In this document: one piece after another, positions 53,240 through 64,000 of the stretch
How the letters are laid out: every line of letters begins with the position of its first letter
Numbering within the stretch: the first letter of the stretch is position 1
DNA from: Octopus vulgaris
Lineage: Eukaryota
DNA: 64,000 bases
NCBI GenBank assembly: GCA_951406725.2
Contig: OX597823.1
Coordinates: forward strand, 100,068,001 to 100,132,000
Direction: 5' to 3'
Position numbers and translations under genes: made by a program
Notes under the pieces: model-generated
Database searches by the model: none
What the model was told of the DNA's origin: nothing
What the model saw: the letters and a program-made list of their open reading frames with translations, nothing else

Positions 53240-54395
53240 GGGTTGTCTATCGTAAAGCATACGATATGATACCACACTCCTGGATAATAAGAACAATAGA
53301 AATGTATGGATTAGTAGAAAATATGAGAAGCCTTATACGGAATAGCATGAAATGCTGGAGAACGGAAGTGACAGCTGGGAGTCAAATATTCGGAAAGCTA
53401 TCTTCCAGGGAAACAGTGTGTTCCCACTGATCTTCGTGCTGGGAATGATCCTCTTGAGTGAAATACTACAGAAAACAAAATTGGGGTATAATCTGGGAAG
53501 AGGTAAGGGAAAACTAAACCACTTGAAGCTACTCACAAAAACTGAGGTAGAACTGGACAGCCTAGTCAAGTCTTTGCAGATTTTCTCCAATGATATTAAG
53601 ATGGAGTTTGGACTTTCAAAATGTGCAATGATGGCGATGAGACGAGGGATGCTTTTCAGAACAGAAGGCATATGGTTGCCAAGTGGTGGAAATATGAAGG
53701 AAATTCAACCTCAGTCCAGCTACAAATACCTGGGAATACTTGAGACAAATGGAATCAAGAAAGACAAAAAGAGAGTGCCTGCGGTGAGTGAGAAAAGCAT
53801 TGGCTTCAAAGCTAAATACCAGAAACATAATTTCGGCAATAAACTCGGGTGCAGTCACAGCAGTTCGGTATGGCACTGGAATCCTGAAGTGAACCGAGGA
53901 GGAACTAAAAGAGATGGCAGAGGAAGTCAACAAAAGCTTCTGCATCATCCACGTGCGGACATTGAGGAAGGGGACTGATAAGTGTGGAAGACTACGTGCG
54001 TATCGAACTGGAAAGCTTAATGAGATATCCAGCATAAAATAAGGAAACCTTTCTAGAATCAGTTAGGAACGAGGGAGTATTGAGAGCAGAGAAAAAACGG
54101 GAAAACAAAGGAAGAAGTACAAAAAGGACATGAAGAATTACACAATAATGGACTACACAATCAGTTCGATGAACCCACAACAGAAGTTGCTGGAAAACAT
54201 AGGTGGGATTGGCTGAATAAAGGAACATTAAAAAAAGAGACCGAGAGCACTATACTGGCAAGACTAAGGTTTGGTCACGAAGTGGAGGGTCAACCTTAGG
54301 AATGAGCAAGTGTCTCCGCTGTGCCGCATCTGCAATGAAGTGGATGAATCCATTTCCCATATCACGACGAATTTATATGAAAACCAAATACTTTG
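53240..54395 (+). pseudogene. Degenerate R4/Dong-like LINE fragment next to (TAA/TGA)n
   Basis: IFQGNSVFPLIFVL, FSNDIKMEFGLSKC, YKYLGI, LKKETES and CRIC....ESISHI. Confidence 0.85.
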
Positions 54396-55922
54396 ATAAA
54401 AGTTAGAAAATCTTTGAAACTGTTAACTGAAATATTTTAATCCAAGGATTTAATTTCCAATTTATCAACTTCGATTGTTTTTCTAAAAAAAAAACATTCA
54501 TGCTATCATGTTGAGATTGACATTGAAGTAAATATTTCGTTCCGATAATAAATCTATAATTATTTTCATATTTTATCCAAGACAAGTCTTTATCTGAACA
54601 GTTGGGATTCGTCAAGGGGATTTAGATATATTTATCGATCTGTGGATTTCCAGTCATTATCTGATAAGACTAATTGAAATTGTTGATTTTCTTTTTTCGC
54701 GTTTAGTTTTGTTTATTTGAATAAAATCACAGTGAAAGACCGGGGAAGAGTGAGAATAACATGGATGTATGTATGTATGTGTGTGTGTGTGTGTGTGTGT
54801 GTGAGTGTGCATGCATATTAATCGTTTTGGCTTTGACACTGAACTAAGTCTGCTGGACAAAATTACTACATATTAAGAATGAGGACAAATTAAGTGACCA
54901 GGTGTTGGTGACAGTTAACGACGACGACGATTCTTTTATTAGCCAAGACGAAGAGTAATTTTGAATGATATGAGGAGGAAATATTTAAACGAATGAATTT
55001 CAGACAGTGAACTTTTCAAACAAGAAATAGTTACAAACGATCGTTAATGTAGGAAAACTGTTTTAGTTTTTATATTTTTAATTTTCAGAAAGCAGAGCTG
55101 TCATTGAGAATTATTGATCTAATTGAGAATCACCGAGAAATATTGATTTATTTAAATGTTTAAGAGAGAGTGTATGGTGTTTGCATGCTCGGTTTGTTAG
55201 AAATAGCAGCTAAATCTACCTAAAATCACTTCCACACTAGTACTTCACTGCTACATTATTTTATCGACCCCAGAGACGAAAAGCAAAGTTGACCTCGGCA
55301 GGTTTTGAACTCAAAACGTAAAGAGTTGGAAGAAATACCACAAGGTATTCGGTCCTATTCTGGAACGACCCTTCAATCCATTATCCAAATAATAAGCGTC
55401 AGGCAGTGGCTCTCATGGTTTCTGATCTTAACTGATTGGAAGTGTTATCATGTACATTGTTTTGTCTTGGTATAAAAGATTGTCTACAGCAAATATTCTG
55501 CTCAATACCACAGTTGAGTATGAGCCTTAGTGGCTGACGATATGTGCATCTCTGATCACGAGCAGAAGTAGTGGGGGAGCATCATAGCCATGTGTTGAGA
55601 GGGATTCTTTGGGATTTGAATAATTCAACTCTGGAAACATGGGTGTTTCGTTCAACATCCTTAAACAGTCCTTTCTCAGGGACCTTTTGAGCGGGATGGG
55701 ACACTCAACCTGAAGAAGATTCTAACTGGGCCCCACCTGTAAGGTCTTGCGCTGTTTATCTTGAAAGTCACCATGTCGCACACATATGGTTGTGACGCAT
55801 GTGCCTAGTGTACCCTTATCAGACGGGTGTTCATGATGGGTATATTGGGTTTCGTATATTTTACCCCAGTATCACTTTGGTGACATGCGCTGCTCCCTCA
55901 TTCAATAATAATAATAATAATG

Positions 55923-55957
<35 letters not shown>

Positions 55958-55974
55958 TAATAATAATAATAATA

Positions 55975-56254
55975 ATAGCTACCTAACTCAGATACGAGGA
56001 AACCCAAAAATGGCAAAAATTCAAAAGATAGTGCTCATGGGAACTGCTCATATCCTACGCAAAATACTTTCTATGTAATCTCAAGGTTTAAAACAAACAT
56101 TTTTTTTTTAGACATCTACCAGTACAACACAAAAGACAACCAAATATATGGCACACTAGGCATAACAACAACGTGAACTTCCAACCTGTTGTCTCTTGAG
56201 GTCTCCGGGTGAGACTTGGAGCCAACTTGTACAAATATAAAGCAAAAGTCAAAC

Positions 56255-56260
<6 letters not shown>
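55975..56260 (+). mobile_element. 3' end of an R4/Dong-like LINE inside (TAA)n
   Basis: YLTQIRGNPKMAKIQKIVLMGTAHILRKILSM*, homologous to the end of the 14276-15010 ORF; (TAA)n on both sides. Confidence 0.85.
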
Positions 56261-56326
<66 letters not shown>

Positions 56327-56330
<4 letters not shown>

Positions 56331-56535
56331 CCTTTCTATTATAGGCACAAGGCCTGAAATTTGGGAGAAGGGGACAAGTCGACTAGACTGACCTGCTGGT
56401 ACTTAATTTATCGACCCGAAAGGATGAATGGCGAAGTCGACCTCAACGGAATTTGAACTCAGAACGTAGAGCCGGGCGAAATACCGCAAAGCATTTTGCC
56501 CGGCGTGCTAACGATACTGCCAGCTCACCGCCTTC
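56327..56535 (-). mobile_element. tRNA-derived SINE, near complete
   Basis: Minus strand aaggcggtgagctggcag..gttagcacgccggg..gagttcaaattcc..aggccttgtgcctataatagaaagg(att)n. Confidence 0.85.
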
Positions 56536-56735
56536 AAAATAACAACAACAACAACAACAACAACAACAACGACGACGATGATAAGGACAACAACACCGAG
56601 ACGCTGTATCAAAAACCAAACAGATATGAACAAATTCTGACTTCCAGATATTATAAGTTAGGCGTACGCCTTATCTTTAAGATAGCCGGCTTGCTATCTG
56701 TAAGATAGCAAATTTGGCATTGAAATTGCTGCGTG

Positions 56736-56817
<82 letters not shown>

Positions 56818-56994
56818 TTATAAGAGATAATGGTGTCATTGAGACCCAAATGCTGAATAAAGGGTTCAACGTTGGTTCTATGTCAGCGCGTGTATATAAG
56901 ATTTTTTGCGTAATAAGATAAAAAAAACCCAAAGCTGTACAGTTATTAGAGCATATCTATACAGCTTTGGTTTTTTATCTTATTACGCAAAAAT

Positions 56995-57079
<85 letters not shown>

Positions 57080-57643
57080 TGTAAATATATATTTGGCGAG
57101 AGAAACAGAAAGACGGACAAAATATATGTATATACCTGGGTGTATGTATGTATGTATGTATGTATGTATCAATGTACCCATGTGCAGACATGCACATTGC
57201 TATGTATATTACAAGAAACTCTGCAGCGGTTATCAAATTCTTTCTGACATTTAAGTCCTTCAGCAAGAGTAGCTGTGTATACCGTAGCAACATCTGATTA
57301 GGTGACTTGTTAACTGAGCTTTGACCATAATTCTTATATACCGATATGTTATCTATAAGAGTCGGTGTGACTGGCAGCCAGAAATACAGAGGAGAAAGGA
57401 AGGCGGGAAGTAAAGAGAGCGAGAGAGGGAGATAGGGAGGGAGGGAGAGAGAGAGAGAAATTGTTTGTATTTATAAGAATAGAACACCCACAAGCAGACA
57501 ATCAGACCGAAGAGCAACAACATACACACAGGGTGATTCAGAAATCTCCTTAGTATTTTTAAGATAGGCAAAATGTTTATTGTTTATTTTGCTGCTATTT
57601 TGTAGTGAATGTAGGTGTGTGTCTATGTGTTTATATATATGTA

Positions 57644-57674
<31 letters not shown>

Positions 57675-57794
57675 GCGTAGTGCATGTATATATATATATG
57701 TGTGTACATATTACATGTACATTTATATATATACATCTACACATAAAATACAAAATACAAAGTTATATCTTGATATCGCTAGTGATAACAATAC

Positions 57795-58658
57795 TCAAAA
57801 TATATAACAGACTGGAATTGTAGGCCCGTCTCTTGCAATTTCGATCAATTGTATCTTGTCCTCCCACTTGTATAGAAGTGTGGCTACAATCCAGCCTACC
57901 TCTACTTCTGGGGGGACATTTTTAATTTTTATCCGGGACATCCTACGTCCCAGATATAAAGGTAAAAATAAAATATTTCCACTTTGCAATGTTCGAGTCG
58001 AGTACTCCCTTGCACGCTCCGTTGACTCGAACCTTGCTTCTATTGTGGCGAATTTACCGCCTCTGATTAGATATCTTTCATAGTCGCACCAAGACACTTT
58101 TCGATGGTGCTTTCCTCCAGGTGTTCAAATCTTTTTTTTTCTTCTCTATATTGTATACTTTATAGACAATAGTCTTTTCTTTAATTTAATTTTTTAATTC
58201 GTTTGGTGGTGTTATCCTAGATCCCCCGTCTGTGTCGGTGATCAATCCGAAATAGGTTTGTATTTCTTCCATTTTAATTTTAATGAGTTCGCGCCCGCCG
58301 ACGGCTGCAGCGAAATTCATTTTTGGACTTTCTTCTATCGAAGGCATTCTAACAAAAATGCTTCCGTGTAAACGGTGAGAATATTGTCAATTTCCCCAAA
58401 CAGGGACACAATTCAATTTTTAAACAATAACCAAAGCTCTTTCACCCAAAGGGGGAGGGTTACGGTCTACAATTATTTAACAAATGCAACACAACAACGT
58501 TTCCCTTACGAGGAACCAACAAACGTGATAACAATAGTTAAACAGTAATAATAATAACAACAAACATTACGGTGAATCAAAAAGCAGTACGCAGTTGAAG
58601 CTATAGTCCTTTATGTATAAGAAATAAACCAACAGCAGTACTCAGTAGAAGCGGCTGT
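57795..58658 (-). mobile_element. 5' part (UTR + ORF1 start) of a second Tx1/L1-like element
   Basis: RGGKFATIEARF..LPLYLGRRMSRIKIKNVPPEV is homologous to ORF1 at 62574-63290 (RGKRFGTVEVRF..LPIYMERRTSKIKINNIPPEV). Confidence 0.85.
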
Positions 58659-58912
58659 GATTTTTTTATTACCCACAAGGGGCGAACAAAGAGGGGACAA
58701 CACAATCTGATTTGGGGCCAGATTTACGAATGGTTTTACATAGATGATGAATTTAAAAATTTTAACACATAATTACGAATCACAATAAAAACGAAAAAAT
58801 CGGATGATGGGACAGACCGGAAGACATTACGGATGGAATGGGGGGCGAGTTTAGCTCGGACCCTACGATCTCCACCTCGCTGCTGATACCTAGGTTTCAT
58901 CCTGTCCCACAT

Positions 58913-61900
58913 TTATGCGGTACCATTCATACGCAACATCTGTGCTACATTCTTCCATCGTTTTTCGAACACTTTCTCAGTCAGGCATTTTCTCTCCAGC
59001 CCTATTTTCCTTTTCAGGTAGAAGATGAAGTAATTCATCAATCCAGGGCCAGAGATGAAATTGCCTGACTCTATACCTTTCAGCCTCGTCTTCCAAATCA
59101 CCTCACTCGCGATTGCAACTACATCGAGAAAACAATTCCTACCTTCTTTCGAGAGGAAATCCGGTGGGTCAATTTTTACAATAGACTCAGTCGACAGCTG
59201 TACTCTTCGTGTGTTTGACAACAGTTGTTCGGCATAAACCCACACCTTTGACACCTCCGAACATTGAACAATAGCATGCGGGACGGTTTCCCTATCCCGC
59301 TCGCATCTTGGACATGTCGGATTGCCTCGGCCACCATGCCTTGCGAGTTTGTCCCGAACAGGTAGAGCCCCTCTGTAACATTGCCATGCCAGAGACTTCT
59401 GAAAGTTGTCCAGGGTCTTCGGCCCGAATGTACGTCGGAACAGACTGGCCAGCTGATTATCATCGAGACCTAGGGTTTCCCCTAAAGTATCGTCACATTC
59501 CGCCTCTACCAGCCCTCTATAAAAGAAGGTGGTGGAACCCCCACCACAGACGTTGCCCGAGCGACGGAATAGCAGGAGAACCTTGCGACACTCCGTAAAC
59601 CATGTGCCCGGTTTTGATCTTCGATTCAACTAGGTTTCCCATCCACCGAAACTAGTAAAATTGGGAAACATCAGTTTTGCCAATGGAGACCACACCCGTT
59701 CACCATCCAGGTAGAGCCACAGATGCCTCAACCTCAGCGCATGTCTGCGCATCAACAGCCAAGGCATCCCTAGCCCACCCTTTAATGGTTGTTGACAGCA
59801 AGTAGAGCGTTTCACAAGCGGTTTCGAGCCCCTCTACAAAGAGTGAAAGAGCTGTCTTTCCAGCTTGATCAACCACGAATCAGGGCAAGGAACGACAGAT
59901 AGGCGGTAGGTGATGACCGATGCGATAAACACATTGGCTACCTCCGCCCTTCCTTTCAGGGATAGCCACCGCCAAGACCAGGTCTTGACTACTGCAGCCA
60001 CTCTGCTCGATACCTCGGCCCAGTTCTTCTCTATTTGGAGGTCTGGTCCAAACCAAACCCCTAACAACTTAATCGGACCCTCAGTCCAACGTCCCACGAC
60101 GCTGTCAGGAGGCATCGACTTGCCTCTCCAGGTGCCGAGCTGCAAGCCGACTGACTTTTCACGATTAACTTTTGCTCCTGCTACCGTCTCGTAAACCTCT
60201 ATGGCCTTGCCTACCCTCTGTAGGTGATCCATCATCGGTTACGATGACGGTGATGTCATCCGCGTAAGCTGACTGTCTCGGGATGCCGCTCAATTTTCGC
60301 AGTAATGGCTCAAGAGCAATCACGGGGAGAGCGGACACCCTTGACGAACCGAGCGTTTGATGCTGAACGTCGTTCACCCGAACTACCGAGTCGATGTTGT
60401 CGTAAATCTGAATGATCCACCTGAGGAAGCCAAGACCCAGGCCGAACTGTGCCAGAATGGACACCAGGTAGCGAAGCGATGGTCAACCCTATCAAAAGCC
60501 TTAGATTGGTCTAAATGGACCAGTGCCCCACCCTTGCCAGAATCACTATTAAACCCCCCTAAAGTGTACCGCATAAGATGGAGATTATCCTGAATTGTTC
60601 TGCCAAGAATAGCACATGTCTGTGCCTCCCCGATCAGACCGTCCGCGACACGCGCCAATCTTTTCGATAACACTTTGGCCAAAATCTTCAACTCTGTGTT
60701 TAGCAGAGTGATGGGCCGAAAATTATCAATACAATCCCCCTTGTCCGTGTCCTTTCTGACAAGCGTCACTACTCCCCGGCGCACAGATCTGGGAATAAAC
60801 CCGTTCTGCTGCCAGTTCGCGTAGACCTCCGCCAGTAGGTGCCCGAACAAGTCTGGCATACTCTTACATAACTCATAGGGTAGACCATCCAGTCCTGGCG
60901 CCTTACCTGCGCTGAAGTCCGCCATAGCCTCAGCCACATCCCCAGGCGTGATCGGCCCTTCACAGCTCTCCGCGTCTCGCCCCGATAGGCACGGCAGCCC
61001 GTTGAGGAGGTCCGTAAAGTCCCTCCTACTATCCGGTCCTCCGCCCCCACCGAAAAGCTGAGCGAAGTGCTCCTGAAAAGCCTCACACATCTCCTCGGGT
61101 TCGTCTATCAACTTACCTTGTTGGTTCATCAAAGATCGAATTGTGGCATCATTACCACGTTGAGCCTCCACTACTCGGGCCCATCCTGCGGCGTTGATTC
61201 CCCCACAACCCACTGCGTGGATCCTAGCCCTGACAAAGCAGCCCATGTATTTGGCCTCGAGGTGCTGGTTTAACGCCAGTCTCTTGGCCGTCACCTGAGC
61301 CGCAGAGCCAGTTTTCATGGCTTCCTCTAAATCCTTAACTAGAGTTGATCTCCTCCTAGCCTCTCTAGCCACTAATCCTATGCTATATCTAATAGACTCG
61401 AATTTTATGGCTCGCTTGAGAGCATACCACCATTTATGATGGCACCAGATAGCGCCCTCTGAATCAAAGTCCTAATCCGGTCTCTGTACTCCTTAATCGC
61501 CAAAAGGGACGTATTAAGTTTCCAATAACCGGAGCCTCTCTTAGATAAGAGATGTCAAGCTTACAGAGGTAACCATTTTATGGTCACTGTAGCTGACCAG
61601 GTAAAACTGTGGACACTTAGCTATTTCTCTATCTGCTTTTCTAATTAGTATTCTATCTATGTAAGACCTGGAAGATCCGTCGCTATTTGACTATGTCCAC
61701 AATGGAGCGTTTGAAAATTCCAACCTATAAGGATCTGCTAGCTCAAAGCGTCTTAGCAGTTCCAGGAAGCCAGGGTTACCCTTTCTATCTGTACACGAGC
61801 CAATATAATCTACACCCGCCTTGTAAATTGTGTTGTAGTCTCCTAGCAAAACTAATGAATGTGAAGTCCTAAGAAACTTCTCTAGCTCTCGAAAATACTC

Positions 61901-62263
61901 AATTTGCCCAGATGATGATAAGGGTGCATAAATTGCAACCAGTCTGATAACTTTACCGTTACTGAACGTCAAATCCATGACGACCAGCCGACCTTCTGGG
62001 TCTAAAATAATTAACTTTTTCTCAAAAACCCGGTTTCTTTTTAATAGGACCGACACCCCACTCCCGCTGGAAGGACTGCCTGGAGAGAAAAAACTCTCGT
62101 AGCTATTCAACAGCGGGAACAGATCTCTTGGCCCCTCTAACCGGGTTTCTGTAGCAACAATGACATCCAAATTCCGCGACCTGATATCATTAAGGAAGCA
62201 ACCTTGCTTCCAGCTTGATCTCAGGCCACGCACATTTATACAACCGACATAAATGTTAGCCAT
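58913..62263 (-). pseudogene. Tx1-like ORF2 (APE-RT-zinc finger), frameshifted
   Basis: Pieces 61691-62263, 60383-61372, 60165-60464, 59834-60235, 59630-59815 and 58913-59629. Confidence 0.88.
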
Positions 62264-62319
62264 AACTTACCTCATATCAGTGATTCGACTCTTCTTCGTC
62301 TTTTTCTTTTTTATATTTT

Positions 62320-63561
62320 TCACGGAGGATTTTGACGCAGGCCCTCGTATATGTATGGTGAGACATCCATCCTTAGAGGGCCTACGTCGTGATAAAATTC
62401 GGATTTTATCCGTCCGTAATCCTTCCGGCCTATTCTATATATTACAAAGTCTCTTGATGTGGTTTTGTCCACTTTTTTAACCGTTGACATTGCTGCCAAC
62501 CGATTCATGAGTCTATTATTAGATGCCTTAATGGCCATGAACGTATTAACACACTCCTGCTTCCTTTTCAGGTTCAATTTGTGAGGGGTGGTCTCTGTTT
62601 TTGTTTTTTTTTTTGTTTTTTCCTCATTTTCTTGGAAATCGTTGACCACCCCTCCTCTTTTTCATTTTCTTCGCTTTTTTCCTTCTCTGGTGTTTCTTTG
62701 GTAGTTGGTGCTTCTTTGGGTGATGTCTCTGGCGATTCATTCGGTGTTGACTCTGATGATTCTTTTGTTTCTGGTGGTGATGTTTCTTGAGGTTTTTCCT
62801 TTGGCTGGCATTCTGCTCTTATATGCCCCTTCATGCCACAGCTGAAGCATCTTGGCTTCCTGCGCTCCACAAAGTCTATTAGTTTTTCTTCTTCGCTGAT
62901 TCTTATGACCTCTGGAATTTCTTCCAGGGTTTGAACTTCGGCTTGTATAGCCATTGTTAGGCATTGGCCCTTCCAGTGCTCCTCTTCCGAAGCCTGGAGA
63001 ATATTTATCTTTTCGTCTAATCCCAACATGACCGCAACTACCAGACATGTGGCATCCACTTCTGGGGGGATGTTATTAATCTTAATCTTCGACGTTCTTC
63101 TTTCCATGTAAATTGGGAGAACTACCTCCTCTGATTTTAGGGTTTCCGACGAAAATTTTCTTGGCACTTCCTCCGTTCTAAATCTCACCTCCACTGTTCC
63201 AAATCTTTTGCCTCGGTTTATGTACGTTATCTCCGACCATATTTGTTTCAAACATTTTTCAATTTTCTTTTCCTCCACTCTTTGTATCATCTTTTTTTAT
63301 AACGCTATACGACTTGTAAATAATTCTCCTTTTGTTCACTGCTTCGGTTGTGTTCTCGTTCGATATTACTATGATTTCCGTGCCTTCTTTCTTCAAGTTT
63401 GACATATATTTTTCCAGGTTACTCTTTTCGATATTTAGTTTTCTCTCCTTCTTCCCTGCTACTTCAGCAAATTTCTTCGTTGGGGCTGCGTTCTTTTTAG
63501 GCGATACCGCCGGTGAGTTTTCTTCACCTGACACAGGTGAGTATGGAATGGGAGTTTCCAT
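62320..63561 (-). pseudogene. Tx1-like ORF1 (gag-like zinc knuckle), frameshifted
   Basis: Pieces 63259-63585, 62574-63290 and 62320-62649. Confidence 0.75.
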
Positions 63562-64000
63562 TTCCACAAAGTTGGCTTTCAACAAGCAAAACTTTTGGCT
63601 TAAACAAGCCTTTCACAAAAATTGGCTTAACAAGCCTTTCGCACAGGTTTGCTTTACAGCTACACAATAATACCTCCGCAGGGGGGAATTTCAACACGTA
63701 GCTTTCAAACGAAAGCAAATAAGTTTTTCACAACAAAGAGTAACACAATTTACAGTAACAACAACAAATCAACGTACCGATAGCAGAATTTCAAACAGCA
63801 GTAGAAGCGGCTGTTCGAGAAAACAGACATTACATACAGCCAAACTTCATATAGATACTTAATGCTAGCTATTTAGCAGATAATCTAATATAAAAGCCAT
63901 GGTAAACGGTATGTACACAGCTCCATCTGGACTATTCCATTTCTGCACGCTAATTTTATTTTTAATTTATTCTCATTCATGTGAAACCACTTATTCAAGT

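Larger units (their letters stand above)
58659..63814 (-). mobile_element. Near-full-length Tx1/L1-clade LINE, frameshifted
   Basis: ORF1 with CCHC knuckle CFSCGMKGHIRAEC; ORF2 APE endonuclease (CINVRGL, ATET, YAP, GDYN), RT (APGLDGLP, RPITLLN, DQSKAFDRVDH, YADD) and zinc finger CPRC....ETVPH...C; A-rich tail at 58659-58670. Confidence 0.93.

Noticed and set aside
55395-55905. ~500-bp higher-complexity block before (AAT)n
   Set aside because: Probably an interspersed repeat, but it is single-copy here with no assignable motif.

Overview
Repeat-rich eukaryotic DNA, most likely an octopus/cephalopod genome (inferred from the microsatellite load and SINE families). One host gene is visible: a minus-strand secreted or surface leucine-rich-repeat protein with a single coding exon (8898-10022) and an upstream splice acceptor. 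Much of the rest may be its intron or upstream DNA. The window is filled with microsatellites, tRNA-derived SINEs, REL-endonuclease (R4/Dong-like) LINE fragments, an RTE fragment, a Penelope-like (GIY-YIG) relic, a near-full-length frameshifted Tx1/L1-clade LINE abutting a second copy, Helitron pieces, and Tc1, mariner, pogo and MITE relics. The most striking unannotated layer is about ten minimal hammerhead-ribozyme motifs, most with palindromic stem III, in several unrelated short repeats. They often sit next to fold-back inversions. One is a tRNA-headed (pol III A/B box) SINE-like element that carries a hammerhead and occurs as a head-to-head dimer. Coordinates were read by eye and may be off by a few bases.
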